A stretch of 64,000 nt of DNA from a virus (IMGVR_UViG_3300042521_002634:34427-98426), one strand, 5' to 3'; shown: positions 45,440 to 55,933, numbered from the stretch's first letter. The notes: generated by a model from the sequence alone, not told the origin. Made by a program: numbers and translations.

Positions 45440-45834
45440 TGAACGCAGAAACTTACAGAATAGATCTTTCGCATGTCATAGACAGAATGCATAAAGAATA
45501 TGGTAAAAAAATATTCTGTGGAGAGGGTTGGTATCAACTAATTTGGGACTTAGACTATCAGCTAGCTCTTATTGACCCAGACTATACTATCTTTCAAATT
45601 AAAGAAAAATTTGGAGAACTGCGCTTTTACTACAATTCAAAAGACATGCGCAAGTACTACATGATGAGCGAAATCATTGAAAAGTACGAAGCGATGTCAA
45701 CATCAGTATGCGAAGAAACAGGGCTTCCCGGCGAGTTAATGAAAAGCTCTAAAGGAACATATAAAACGTTAAACAGAGAAAACGCACCGAAAGATTACAA
45801 GCCGGTTCATAATTTGTACCATAGCTTAGACTAA
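45439..45834 (+). CDS. Conserved phage hypothetical protein
   Basis: GWYQLI...QIKEKFGELRFY...CEETG. Confidence 0.75.
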   Translation: MNAETYRIDLSHVIDRMHKEYGKKIFCGEGWYQLIWDLDYQLALIDPDYTIFQIKEKFGELRFYYNSKDMRKYYMMSEIIEKYEAMSTSVCEETGLPGELMKSSKGTYKTLNRENAPKDYKPVHNLYHSLD

Positions 45835-46181
45835 TTAGTTTGTCTTTGTAAAGTTCTGTGAAAACCGCGTAGTTTATGTTTCAGTGAAATGTCGTTGACG
45901 ATGTACCCTTTTCGCCATCTTTCAATTTCTAACTCATCTCCCCAGATGCCGTATTCGCTGTTTCTCCGAGCAAATTGTTTACATTCAATAGCGACGGGGC
46001 AAACTTTGCATATTGCTCTTGCCAACTCTTCGCGCCTTATTCGCGCGCTTTCTTGCTCGTTGTGCGGCTCGTAAAACAGATGAGTCATGCCTTTGCACTC
46101 AGCGTGTGTCATCCACTCGACGTCTTTGTCGAATGCTTTTTTGTATTTTCTATCTATTGATTCGCCAACGTGGCTTCCCAT
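45831..46181 (-). CDS. whiB: WhiB-family transcription factor
   Basis: WMTHAEC...AICKVCPVAIEC...GIWG. Confidence 0.9.
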   Translation of the reverse strand: MGSHVGESIDRKYKKAFDKDVEWMTHAECKGMTHLFYEPHNEQESARIRREELARAICKVCPVAIECKQFARRNSEYGIWGDELEIERWRKGYIVNDISLKHKLRGFHRTLQRQTN

Positions 46182-46213
46182 ATTGTAGTTAAATATACTG
46201 CCAACTACGCTGT

Positions 46214-46462
46214 TTAGTCAACTTCTATAAAAATACATTCACCAGGGCAGTCTTCTGCAGCTTCAACAACATCACCAAGGCGGTCTTCTGCGAAAGAGGC
46301 TAAACCGCTTGCGCCTTCTTCGTTTCCCCGCAGCTTGGAAAATACTTTGCCATTCTCTTGAACGTAGGCCAGTCCATCCTCCAGCATGATGAAAACATCC
46401 GGGGCCACCTCTGCGCACAGTCCATCGCCAGTACATAAGTCTTGATCTATCCAAACACGCAT
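46214..46462 (-). CDS. Ferredoxin (actinobacterial single-cluster type)
   Basis: IDQDLCTGDGLCAEVAPDVF...CPGECI. Confidence 0.92.
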   Translation of the reverse strand: MRVWIDQDLCTGDGLCAEVAPDVFIMLEDGLAYVQENGKVFSKLRGNEEGASGLASFAEDRLGDVVEAAEDCPGECIFIEVD

Positions 46463-46568
46463 TCAACTGCCTTACTTGTTAGTTCTGGGTCATAGATGTA
46501 CGATTCTCTGTCTTCTGGATCGTAAAAAGAATTTACACTTTCTAAGTTGTAAAAATAATTGTTTTCCA

Positions 46569-46976
46569 TTATTTTTTGCTTGCAGCGCGTCTTGCTGCTA
46601 AGACCCCATAGTCTTTTACTTTTGCATCACCCATGTACTCCCAAGCGTAGCCATCGGCAATCAGCGCGTGGTTGACAGAAGTTTCTGCTCCGTCAAGATA
46701 CAACCAGCCAAGAATGCGTCCATACTTTTCTGAACTGTCTGGTTTTTCAGTTTTGATGACAATTTTTTTTGCGTTGTCAATGAGGTGCTTGACGCGATCT
46801 TTTACCTCAATCCCAAGCGCCTTCTCGGCTAAGTCCGTAGTGCGAGATTCTGGTGTATCAATGCCAGCAAGACGGACTCGCTGGTAGTAAGAAATATTAA
46901 ACCCAAGATCAATATCAACATCTATAGTGTCTCCGTCTACGACTTTAAGAACTCGTTTAATTCTGTACTCGTACAT
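46569..46976 (-). CDS. Thermonuclease (SNase-like)
   Basis: VVDGDT, RLAGIDTPE, KYGRILG. Confidence 0.9.
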   Translation of the reverse strand: MYEYRIKRVLKVVDGDTIDVDIDLGFNISYYQRVRLAGIDTPESRTTDLAEKALGIEVKDRVKHLIDNAKKIVIKTEKPDSSEKYGRILGWLYLDGAETSVNHALIADGYAWEYMGDAKVKDYGVLAARRAASKK

Positions 46977-47263
46977 TATGAGCCTTCAAGATGATCTGGA
47001 ATTCCATTGCCATTTTTGTCTTCTGCATTGCGCCCTGTTGAAATCATCAAACCCGCAAGTGTTCCTGTAATGAAAGTAGCCACTGAGGACAGAACTCCAA
47101 AAAACATTTTGTCGTTTTCGGCTTGAGCGCCAATTGGCTGAGTAACAAATACCAAAGCCCAAAGAACGCCAATAGTAGTAATTGTCAAAACAAAACCAAG
47201 CACGCAACCAATAACAAACTTAAGTCGTGCGTCAAGCTCTGCTGGTGTCAGTCGTGGTCTCAT
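46976..47263 (-). CDS. Two-TM membrane protein
   Basis: Hydrophobic helices; DKNGNGIPD tail; ATGA overlap. Confidence 0.7.
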   Translation of the reverse strand: MRPRLTPAELDARLKFVIGCVLGFVLTITTIGVLWALVFVTQPIGAQAENDKMFFGVLSSVATFITGTLAGLMISTGRNAEDKNGNGIPDHLEGS

Positions 47264-47460
47264 GGCGCGATTGTCTCCTCTGTTGGATCCCATCCAAGTA
47301 ATGTTTTTGTGCAGTTTCCATCTACTTCGCATATTGGTGGCTCACATTCCTTACTTTCCCAGTTTTTTGGATCTTGGCATGAGTATCTATATGAACCGTC
47401 GTAGCCGCAGGACGATGCTATCGCAATTCCCGCGGCGATAACTAACAACTTAGTTTTCAT
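47260..47460 (-). CDS. Small Cys-rich lipoprotein-like protein
   Basis: ASSCG lipobox-like; YRYSCQDP.NW...C.PP.C...C. Confidence 0.7.
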   Translation of the reverse strand: MKTKLLVIAAGIAIASSCGYDGSYRYSCQDPKNWESKECEPPICEVDGNCTKTLLGWDPTEETIAP

Positions 47461-47607
47461 GGCTAGTGTTTTCGTATTCTGTAATCAACTGACGAAGATC
47501 AAGTAGAGTGTCACAGACCTCAAGAGAAGACAAAAGACTGCGTCCTATTAGTTGTTCCAAGGCCTTATCAATGTGTACAACGGCTTCTTCAGCTACTGGC
47601 ATGTAAT

Positions 47608-47862
47608 TTATTGTGCTTTCTCTGTAGAGTTTTTGCGATCTACTTTATTAAATACATCATTGATTTCAGCTAAACTGAGCTTTCCATCATCTAAAAACGC
47701 GCGAGATAGCCCTTCAATCACAGTTGCTACACCAGCGATGCCAGCCATGAATATGGCTTTATACAAAGGAATTCCTGCAATAGCGCCAGCTCCAACAACG
47801 CCAAGACCTGACGCAGCAAAAGTTGCCAGAATCCTCAGGCATATGTTCTTTATCTGTTCCAT
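47608..47862 (-). CDS. Holin-like membrane protein
   Basis: RILATF...GAGAIAG...DDGKL..EIN. Confidence 0.55.
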   Translation of the reverse strand: MEQIKNICLRILATFAASGLGVVGAGAIAGIPLYKAIFMAGIAGVATVIEGLSRAFLDDGKLSLAEINDVFNKVDRKNSTEKAQ

Positions 47863-48071
47863 AAGACTTCCATATCGTAAGTCTCTCCCTACCGCAAATT
47901 CTATCCCGTATTCTAGACCTGCGAGTTCACAGGCGCTAAACCCTGTCCAATGCGCCATGAGTGAACTGAGTGCAAGTGAGCAGGACGATATCTAGCAGCC
48001 TGCAGCAACTAGTCGCACCGCGCCTGCACAGGCTAATTTTTATAAGAAACCTTGGTTATGTAGCGCCTTAG

Positions 48072-49040
48072 CTATATATCTTGTAGCGCAGAGCTAATGG
48101 TTTTTAGCGTCATTTGTATATCATAACCAATAGTGTCTACTTTTTTATAGTTGCTGACATTCGCGTACTGTGCAAAAATGTCAAAATGCCATTTGTATCT
48201 TGGCACCGCACATATTTCTATACCAGTTGTGTGAGCATCGCACCACATTAAGTTAAGTAAACCAGCTCCTGAGATGCTTGCAACATGACTTGCTTGGCTG
48301 AACTCGCGGACCTGTTCGTATAAACCATAGTCCTGTGCATGCACTACTTTATAATCATTTGCTACAAAGAGGTCTTCGACTGCTTGCTCGTCAGCAAAGT
48401 ATCTAAGTCGTGCCCGTTCTAAGTTCAAACCGCGCTCAGCCTGTCGCTTATATTCTTCGTTATAACGGCTGCGTGATATGTAGATACGACTGTTAGATGG
48501 CGGTTGAAACAAATGACTAAGGTCCTGTCGTAGTATTTTCACGGCATCCTGGTTGTACTTGAACCATTCACTGCTCCCGCATGCCTCAGTTCCCATGTAG
48601 CAGCTACAGAACGGCAGGTAGTGGCGGAAATACGGGGTGAGGTTACACATGTCAAATATGGCAACAACACGCTCGAACTTGTAGTTGTAGCGCGAGATAT
48701 CAATGACGTGGTCTTTATTGTAGCCTGTTAAATCAAAGAAGTCATCAATAACCTTGTGTAGCCAGCCGTTGCCATAATACATTCCCTTATTAGATAAATT
48801 TGTGAGAACAATTTGCGCGTCGTACATGCTTTGAATCATACGCCATTGCGCGTAGATGTCGTGCAACATATGACCGTACTGAGGAACAGATAGCGCTAAG
48901 TATGTGACGCCAGGAAATATCAATGGTTCTGAGTCGTTATTAGTAATTGTAAGATTATTGAGTTCTTGGACGGTGTAGATGCGTCCAGCGACTGGGTGTT
49001 CGGTGATGCTGTCTACAGAAAACTTAGTTTCAGAACTCAT
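48072..49040 (-). CDS. Glycosyltransferase family 61 (DUF563)-like
   Basis: YGHMLHD, IYISR, EQV..F..A...GAGLLN. Confidence 0.8.
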   Translation of the reverse strand: MSSETKFSVDSITEHPVAGRIYTVQELNNLTITNNDSEPLIFPGVTYLALSVPQYGHMLHDIYAQWRMIQSMYDAQIVLTNLSNKGMYYGNGWLHKVIDDFFDLTGYNKDHVIDISRYNYKFERVVAIFDMCNLTPYFRHYLPFCSCYMGTEACGSSEWFKYNQDAVKILRQDLSHLFQPPSNSRIYISRSRYNEEYKRQAERGLNLERARLRYFADEQAVEDLFVANDYKVVHAQDYGLYEQVREFSQASHVASISGAGLLNLMWCDAHTTGIEICAVPRYKWHFDIFAQYANVSNYKKVDTIGYDIQMTLKTISSALQDI

Positions 49041-49932
49041 TAGTAGAAAGACCTATCTTGCACGTCGCGCATATTCCAGTTTTTATTCCGTCTTGACCAA
49101 GCATGTTTCTCCAAGGAGCATACGCATCAGAAATAAATATTTCCCATAGTTTATTTTTTGACACGTTGCCCATGATTCCGCCAGCGTGACTGTTGATATC
49201 TGAGCGGGTGTTACAGCAAACCATGACATTTCCGTTGTAGTCAACGTACATATTGTTGAACGGCTGACTGCAAGACTTTGTTCGAACATATGAACTAGAC
49301 ACAATAGAGCTAAGAAATTTAGTTCTACCCGAGCCTTCTTTGCTAAAATTTCTAGCGCGTATGTGCGTAGTTATTCCAACTGTATTGAGATTTACCTCAA
49401 TTCTTTGCCCAGGAATATCTGAAACAATTGAGTACGTAAAACCAAGATCTACAGCTTTTTTGAACAATTTTGACGAAATTTTTTTATGATCGTAAAGTTC
49501 ATTATTACTAAGGTACTGCTGCACAAATAGTTCGTTTAGTCCAGCGTCGCGAAGCTGAAAAATATACTCTCTATCTAGATAGTCTCCGTTTGTATTTGTG
49601 CGCAGTTTAGCTAAAGGAAGCATGTCTCGAGCAGCTTTTATTCGAGACAAGATTATGTCTTTGTTAGACAAAGGCTCATTGTATCTGCTATACGTAATCT
49701 CACCGTCATAGTTTACTTTCGCCAACTGCGAAATTATGTCTAAGTACGTGCTTTCTTCAAGAACAACATTGTGCGAAAGTCTATCAATTTCTGAATTTGG
49801 ACAAAACCAGCATGTTCTGTTGCAAAAGGAAAACAGCTCAATTTCTATAAGACGGACATTTTGCTTAAAAAAATCTTTTGCAAACATGTCATTTTGCAAT
49901 GTCATAGAGCTCGACCCAATTACAATTGACAT
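49030..49932 (-). CDS. Radical SAM protein with SPASM/twitch domain
   Basis: CNRTCWFC; CSQPF...GNVMVCC...MGNV...CATC. Confidence 0.9.
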   Translation of the reverse strand: MSIVIGSSSMTLQNDMFAKDFFKQNVRLIEIELFSFCNRTCWFCPNSEIDRLSHNVVLEESTYLDIISQLAKVNYDGEITYSRYNEPLSNKDIILSRIKAARDMLPLAKLRTNTNGDYLDREYIFQLRDAGLNELFVQQYLSNNELYDHKKISSKLFKKAVDLGFTYSIVSDIPGQRIEVNLNTVGITTHIRARNFSKEGSGRTKFLSSIVSSSYVRTKSCSQPFNNMYVDYNGNVMVCCNTRSDINSHAGGIMGNVSKNKLWEIFISDAYAPWRNMLGQDGIKTGICATCKIGLSTNEF

Positions 49933-49992
49933 TGTTCTGTAGTCTTGTGCCTAGCTTTCTTTTTAGTTCATAACTAGACATAGTCACATTAC

Positions 49993-52041
49993 TTATTTTT
50001 GATTGTCTTTGATAAACTTTATCTCACACGCGTCCGTCGTGCAGTAAGCTTCACCAATAGCGTCGGCGGCAAGACCACCATAGACGCCTGAAAAATCAAT
50101 TGGAAAAAGACTTCCCATGCTCGAGTTGTACTCTTCTTCACTGATCTGAGTATACGGCATCTGCGGATACGTGGAGTTTCCACTTGGCAAGAACGAAACG
50201 CTCTTCATCTGACCGTCATACATGTGAAGAACTGTGCCAATGTGCCGTGCTTCAGTGTCTGGATCAAAAGAAATTGTCACAGAGACTGAGTTATCTGACC
50301 AATGCCGTTGCGCGGTAGCGGCAAGCGACATCTTTTCAAAGATTGTTACGTCACGCTCAGCGCGTTCAGCCTCAGACTTAATTGGAAAGAACACAACAGA
50401 AGTAGTCATTGGAGACTCGCTTGCTGGTTCAACACGATAGTTAGCCATTTTGAACAATGGCAACATTGGATCGTCGTTTGAAAAACGAATTGCACGGTTA
50501 AAGTACTTACCTCCTGGCGTCCAGTGAACGCCTGGAGACTCTCCAGCAAGAATTGAAACTGTACCTGACGGCTTGACAGTGGTCATTTTAATTGACTCGC
50601 GAATTCCTAACCACTCAGAATACGTATTGTCATAGTCTTTAATCGTCGCATATCCTGCGTCCATCCAGTCACGAAGAACTGGCAAGCCATGAATATCTGC
50701 AAAGTTTGCAACACCCGACATTGACGTTCCAATGCGACGGTTCCGTTGCATAATCGCATTTGTTTCTTCCCAGTGAGTTGGTAGTAACGTCACTGTTTTT
50801 GCGTAAAGGTACGCAAACTTAAGAGTGCGCTTGTAGTCTTCTAAAGACTCATGACGGTTTAGATATGTCTCAACAAGCGTGCAACACTCGTATGACTCTA
50901 GACTTTGCTCGGCGCAAGGATTGTACCCGGCAACGCGATGATCTTTATTATTTACTGGGTCTGCAAGACGCCCGTACTTACGAGAAACGTCCATCCAAAT
51001 AACGCCAGGCTCACCGTTCCTTGCGATACCTTCAACAATAGGTGACAGATCTGTTCCAACTGCTGTTTCAACTGAGTTATTCGACATCCAGCCCCAGCCC
51101 GGTGAGTCAGCGTTATACGAGTTGCGCTCTGGAAATACTTCAGCATTCTTTAAGTTCAAGAAGTCTTGGTCATCAATGCGACCAATCAACAATTCAGCAG
51201 AACGACGAACGTTACCAGAAACTACGCATACACCGATGAGGTTGCCGATGTCAGCAATATCTTTTCTTGTAAGCTTTTCACCAGCTCGATTGTTGAAAAG
51301 ACGACGAATATGAGAGTGTAGTTTCAACAATGGCTCATGGCCAGCCGCAGTTCCACCAAATGTTTTAATTGGCGCGCCGGCTGGGCGAACAAGCTTATAG
51401 TCAAATACAGCTTCATTTTGATCAGATTTTAGATAAGTGTTCAACAATGTTGCCACCGACGTAACCCAGCCTTCACGAGTATCTGGTATTTCAATTACTA
51501 CTGGAGTTTCAGTCGCGCCAGGCTCGTAGATAGTAAAGTCTTTGTCGGCACCCTTGTCATCAAATCCAACGCCAACACCAAGCATTGATGCTTCCATAAG
51601 GAATGCAAATGGTTTGGCTGGATTGTTTTTACTCATTTCAATAGTTGAAACAAAAGCGCAGTTCTGCAGCGCGGCAGAGTTTCGCTGAACATTGACAAGC
51701 GGCGTGCCCATGACCCACAGACCGCGCCCTGGCGGTGTCCACTTAAGGTTGTACATACGGTCAAAAGCTTCTTTAGCACTCGCTTGAGCTTTTGTATCAT
51801 TCCATGGAAGTCTGTTTGATTTGCAGTGATCTTTTTGAAGCGAGTACATTCCGTTAATGACTCTTTCGCATACTTCAGGCCACGTTTCCTTTGTGCCGTC
51901 ATCTTTTAGTCGTGAATACGTCCGAAGAAAAGTAATTTCACCTACAGAGTTGCCCGCGGCATCTTGATATCCAAACGGCGGTTTTTTCTCTTTGTAACTA
52001 GCGACAAACTCATCACTAATGCGAAAAGAAAAGATACTCAC
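49993..52041 (-). CDS. nrdJ: Class II (B12-dependent) ribonucleotide reductase
   Basis: PPGRGLW, NCAF, GNVRRSA, NPCAEQ, TTVKPSGT, C-terminal YCTTDAC. Confidence 0.95.
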   Translation of the reverse strand: MSIFSFRISDEFVASYKEKKPPFGYQDAAGNSVGEITFLRTYSRLKDDGTKETWPEVCERVINGMYSLQKDHCKSNRLPWNDTKAQASAKEAFDRMYNLKWTPPGRGLWVMGTPLVNVQRNSAALQNCAFVSTIEMSKNNPAKPFAFLMEASMLGVGVGFDDKGADKDFTIYEPGATETPVVIEIPDTREGWVTSVATLLNTYLKSDQNEAVFDYKLVRPAGAPIKTFGGTAAGHEPLLKLHSHIRRLFNNRAGEKLTRKDIADIGNLIGVCVVSGNVRRSAELLIGRIDDQDFLNLKNAEVFPERNSYNADSPGWGWMSNNSVETAVGTDLSPIVEGIARNGEPGVIWMDVSRKYGRLADPVNNKDHRVAGYNPCAEQSLESYECCTLVETYLNRHESLEDYKRTLKFAYLYAKTVTLLPTHWEETNAIMQRNRRIGTSMSGVANFADIHGLPVLRDWMDAGYATIKDYDNTYSEWLGIRESIKMTTVKPSGTVSILAGESPGVHWTPGGKYFNRAIRFSNDDPMLPLFKMANYRVEPASESPMTTSVVFFPIKSEAERAERDVTIFEKMSLAATAQRHWSDNSVSVTISFDPDTEARHIGTVLHMYDGQMKSVSFLPSGNSTYPQMPYTQISEEEYNSSMGSLFPIDFSGVYGGLAADAIGEAYCTTDACEIKFIKDNQK

Positions 52042-52078
52042 AACATACCGCCGTTTCTATATAAAAGTTGAAAATTGC

Positions 52079-52321
52079 TTACTTATTGTTCTCGTTATTG
52101 AACATTTTTTCGTATATGCTTTTGCATTCTTGGCATACTGGAAATTTGTCTGGATCACGAGATGGAATCCAAACTTTACCACATAAAGCGACAACTGGGG
52201 TTCCAAATATTGCCGCCTCTGTCGCTTTAACCTTGTCTACGTAATGTGCGAAAAGGTCGTGGTCACCGTCAACATAAGTTGAAAGTGTTTCTTGCGCTAG
52301 TTCTGACACGTTGGACACCAA
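52079..52321 (-). CDS. DUF3039 protein
   Basis: GDHDLFAHYV...VALCGKVWIP.RDP...CQECK.IY. Confidence 0.85.
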   Translation of the reverse strand: MVSNVSELAQETLSTYVDGDHDLFAHYVDKVKATEAAIFGTPVVALCGKVWIPSRDPDKFPVCQECKSIYEKMFNNENNK

Positions 52322-53094
52322 TATAATTCTCTTCCAGCGTGAGTTTCCTGCCTCACAGTGTCGCTACAAATTCGACAAAGTCCGCCTGTTTGTTTATAGA
52401 CATAACTATTTTGCGAGCAACCATGTACTTTAATCTCTTCTTCACTTATATGTTCGGGTTTTACAGTACGTATCTTACCATCAATAGAACCAAGCTTTAA
52501 CAATTCAACTGAATCTTTCCAGATACTTTCAAATTTTTCTTTGGATATCTGTGAGCCATGAATAAACGGAGAAGTATTTGATCTGAACAATAGTTCAGCA
52601 CGGTACACATTTCCAATACCAGCAATCACTGATTGGTCCATTAAAAGAGCAGCAATAGATTTAGAACTTTTCTTAATCTTGTTCCAAGCATGTTCTGGAT
52701 TTGCTTGTGGATGTATCGGATCTGGTCCAAGACGATCAAGTATCTTTTCTACTTCACTAGGGGTTAGTAAGGCGCAGGCCGTTGGCGCTATCAAATCAGC
52801 GTAAAAGTCATCAACCTCAAGACGAAGACGAACACTGTCTTTTGGTTTTGCCTTAGTTCCGTTGTTAAAGTGCAGCCAACCGTACAAACCTAAATGAATA
52901 TGAACCGCGTGTTCGTCATCAAATTTAAGAAACAAGTGTTTACCATGAGCGCCAGCGCCTGTCATTTGTTTTTGATCAATAACTGCGGCGTCAGCAGCGA
53001 ATCTTCCTTGTGGACTTGTTGCAGTTATTTTTTTACCTTTAAAGGCAGCATCACTTAAGTTCGCTAGGTGTCTTATTGAGTGTCCTTCTGGCAT
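52297..53094 (-). CDS. nei: Fpg/Nei DNA glycosylase
   Basis: MPEGH, GKHL, H2TH LMDQ..IAGIGNVYRAE, C-terminal zinc finger. Confidence 0.92.
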   Translation of the reverse strand: MPEGHSIRHLANLSDAAFKGKKITATSPQGRFAADAAVIDQKQMTGAGAHGKHLFLKFDDEHAVHIHLGLYGWLHFNNGTKAKPKDSVRLRLEVDDFYADLIAPTACALLTPSEVEKILDRLGPDPIHPQANPEHAWNKIKKSSKSIAALLMDQSVIAGIGNVYRAELLFRSNTSPFIHGSQISKEKFESIWKDSVELLKLGSIDGKIRTVKPEHISEEEIKVHGCSQNSYVYKQTGGLCRICSDTVRQETHAGRELYWCPTCQN

Positions 53095-53397
53095 CTTTTA
53101 ATTATACCTTTTACTAAATCTTTTTCAGCATTTTCATTGCTCTCCAGATTGAAATAGTTGCTAGATGAGAAGAGGCATCATTTTTTCCAAAACTTATGAC
53201 GTAGTCGGCACCGTCACTACACGTGCGTAGGCAGAAACGACGTCGGTATTTACCGATGAATAAGGGTTTGTCTTCATTGCAATATTCTACAATACTTGCG
53301 GTTGAAAAGGTGTTTTGTCAAAAATCACCCACTCCATACCATGAGTAATATGTATGAAGAACAACCTCCAAAACTCATCTCTAATTAGGAGCACATA

Positions 53398-54240
53398 ATG
53401 GCGAAGAAAGTTGCATGGGACTACGTAGTGCCTGTCAAGCTACCTGCGGATCTTAAAGGAGTAAAACCTGGAAAACTTCCAGACGCTCTGCTCAAAACAG
53501 CAGTTGGTGGTGGCAAACTTCATCATCTTGCAGCCGACGCCTGGGCGGCTATGGTCGCAAAAGCTAAAGCAGACGGTGTCGAGCTTAAGCCAGTCTCATC
53601 TGGAGATACGTATCGCTCGTACGATGCTCAGCTCAAGGTGTTCCTCGAGCGCTATACTAAAGAAGCAAACGGTAACAGTACTCGCACGTTTGAAGGCGTT
53701 AAGTGGTACAAGAAGAACGAGAAACTCGCGAGTCTTGCAGCTCCTGGCACGTCGCAGCATAACTTAGGTATCGCTGTAGACGTTCACACTGCAAGCGGTG
53801 CTCGTCTTGAGTGGTTGATTGATAACGTAAAAGACTTTGGTTTCTCGTGGGAAGTCGTACCGGAAGAGCCGTGGCACCTGCGCTACGTCGCCGGTGACGA
53901 TGTACCAGCTGCGGTTGCAGCGTTCACTGGAGAAGAAGTTTCAACTGTGCCAGCGCCTGCCGCTGCCGCTGCAAAAGAAGAAACTCCAGCACCTGTTGCA
54001 GTTTCTGCTTCTAAGCCTGCACCAGCAAATGACGATGCGGACTCGTTAGACATTGGTTCTCGTGGACCAAAAGTTCGTCAACTTCAACAAGCGCTTAAAG
54101 CAAAAAGCATCTACCAAGGTCCAGTTGACGGAGAGTATGGGCCATTGCTTGCAGCAGCTGTTAAGAAGTTTAAAGTTGCAAATAAACTTGCCGCCGACGG
54201 AAAAGCTGGTGGCAAAGTCTTTAAGTTGCTAGGTATTTAA
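53398..54240 (+). CDS. Endolysin: M15 (VanY-type) peptidase plus PG-binding domain
   Basis: YRSY.Q, PGTSQH.LG.AVD, EPWH; C-terminal LQQAL...DGEYGP. Confidence 0.88.
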   Translation: MAKKVAWDYVVPVKLPADLKGVKPGKLPDALLKTAVGGGKLHHLAADAWAAMVAKAKADGVELKPVSSGDTYRSYDAQLKVFLERYTKEANGNSTRTFEGVKWYKKNEKLASLAAPGTSQHNLGIAVDVHTASGARLEWLIDNVKDFGFSWEVVPEEPWHLRYVAGDDVPAAVAAFTGEEVSTVPAPAAAAAKEETPAPVAVSASKPAPANDDADSLDIGSRGPKVRQLQQALKAKSIYQGPVDGEYGPLLAAAVKKFKVANKLAADGKAGGKVFKLLGI

Positions 54241-54244
54241 GGCC

Positions 54245-54496
54245 ATGGAAATCGTTGTAGCTGTGGTCGGTGTGTTTGGAGCAATTGCGGTAGCGTTGAT
54301 AGAAAAAGATCGACGCGACAGTAAAAAGCACTGGAGTGAAAACAAAGAAGATCACAACTTTGTTGTTGACAAGATTGAAAATCTTGGAAAATCGCTTGGC
54401 AGATCAATTGATCGCGTAGAGGCGACAGGCGTGCGAACAGAAGAAAAACTTGATCAACACATCAACGATCACGCAACCGGCAAGTTAAAGAAGTAG
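54245..54496 (+). CDS. Membrane protein with coiled coil, lysis-cassette associated
   Basis: N-terminal TM; ...LDQHINDH. Confidence 0.65.
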   Translation: MEIVVAVVGVFGAIAVALIEKDRRDSKKHWSENKEDHNFVVDKIENLGKSLGRSIDRVEATGVRTEEKLDQHINDHATGKLKK

Positions 54497-54507
54497 GTAA
54501 TAAGGCG

Positions 54508-54702
54508 ATGGGAAAGAAAAAGAAAATGTCAAAAGACCGTGGGTCTGGTCGAGTAAGAGTTAATCCGCTTACTGGAGAAACAGAAACTGTGTCTGGGACA
54601 AAAGCTGGAAAACGTCGTACTCGACTTTCGTTTGGTCATCCTCTTCGTACTCATGATCTTCACTTCAATAAGAACGAAAGAAAACAATCTACGTCTAAGT
54701 GA
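54508..54702 (+). CDS. Small basic protein
   Basis: 64 aa, Lys/Arg-rich. Confidence 0.55.
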   Translation: MGKKKKMSKDRGSGRVRVNPLTGETETVSGTKAGKRRTRLSFGHPLRTHDLHFNKNERKQSTSK

Positions 54703-54874
54703 CATATGACTTTCTGAAGTTAACAATCTTTGGTAATTACAGAAGGAGATAGCAGCAGCGGCACAACATGCAAGCGCCTCATACAGACCTAAGTGACAGC
54801 TACCTTAGGACAATAATAAAGGGGGTCGGCCTACCGCTCGGAGGTGACGGTAGGCCACCTCTTTTTATTTTTTA

Positions 54875-55465
54875 TTACGGCGCTGTTGTAGTTGTTGACG
54901 CTTTGCAAACCCGCCAATTGCAAGGGTTCCACGGCTCAAAGCCTGAAAGATTATAAAGAACTAGGCCAGCCTTCAAGTTCGTCAACGGGTCAAGCAATGG
55001 TTCTTGGGTGCAGATGTTCATCTGTCGGCAGACCGCAGCCCACTTGTTTCTTGACAGGTCATAGTTGACGCCGTTGATCTGTAGTAGTCCTGTGTCGGAG
55101 CGATGATTCCATTCGGAGACGCCTGTGATGTTGCAGTTCTTATCCACCATGTCTCCACCGCGTCTGTTCGGGCAACCGCCAGATTCACGCAACACGATTT
55201 GGGTTAATTTGTCGATGGTGTGATCAGGCCAACCTGCCTGCTTGGCAAGTGACGGTAGCCAGGACACATTGCCATGAGCAAATTTTATTTGTTTAGGCGC
55301 GTCAAGCCTCTCATGACTTACCCATTCTTCACTGAATTTGCCCGTTTTTCTATTGGTTTCAAAGGCTTTTTCAACGCGGTGATCGTCAGCTTTTTCTAGA
55401 TTCTGCGCAGTTGTTGGTCCAAGTATTCCGCTAAGAAATAACAAAATAGCACCAATTGTTTTCAT
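54875..55465 (-). CDS. Secreted lytic transglycosylase (SLT-like)
   Basis: Signal peptide; LRESG, DTGLLQIN, NLKAG..LY..SGF.PW. Confidence 0.85.
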   Translation of the reverse strand: MKTIGAILLFLSGILGPTTAQNLEKADDHRVEKAFETNRKTGKFSEEWVSHERLDAPKQIKFAHGNVSWLPSLAKQAGWPDHTIDKLTQIVLRESGGCPNRRGGDMVDKNCNITGVSEWNHRSDTGLLQINGVNYDLSRNKWAAVCRQMNICTQEPLLDPLTNLKAGLVLYNLSGFEPWNPCNWRVCKASTTTTAP

Positions 55466-55594
55466 GTTGTCAGTCTCCTAGGGTATGTGCCTCTAGTACG
55501 GGCTGTAGTTATATTTTATCGCCTATTTACCTTACATAGTACGCGCGAATTTTACAGCCCTAAAAATATGGACTAAAGGTTTAGATAGTGCTTC

Positions 55595-55933
55595 TCAAGT
55601 ACGCTTATAGTCGTCTTCGTAGCGAACGATGTCGTCTTCTTCAAGATACTTTCCTAGTTGCACTTCGACAATAGTCATTCCACTGTCGCTTGTAGCTTTC
55701 GCTCTATGTCTAGTTTCAGGTGCTATCGCGAACATAGCGCCTGGGTACATCGCGAAGACTGCATCATCTAGTTCAAGTTTTCCTAGTCCTTCAGCAACAG
55801 TCCAGTACTCAGTCCTGCGTTGATGAGACTGCAGGCTTATGCGGTGATCTTTGGCTATCCAAAGTTTTTTAACCTTTATTCCGTAAGTTTCACTTAAAAC
55901 TTCGTAGTGTCCCCAAGGGCGTTCTTCTTTCAT
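55595..55933 (-). CDS. Cupin, phosphomannose isomerase type II C-terminal-like
   Basis: RPWG.Y, SLQSH..R.E.W, EVQLG.YL.EDDIVRYEDDY. Confidence 0.88.
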   Translation of the reverse strand: MKEERPWGHYEVLSETYGIKVKKLWIAKDHRISLQSHQRRTEYWTVAEGLGKLELDDAVFAMYPGAMFAIAPETRHRAKATSDSGMTIVEVQLGKYLEEDDIVRYEDDYKRT

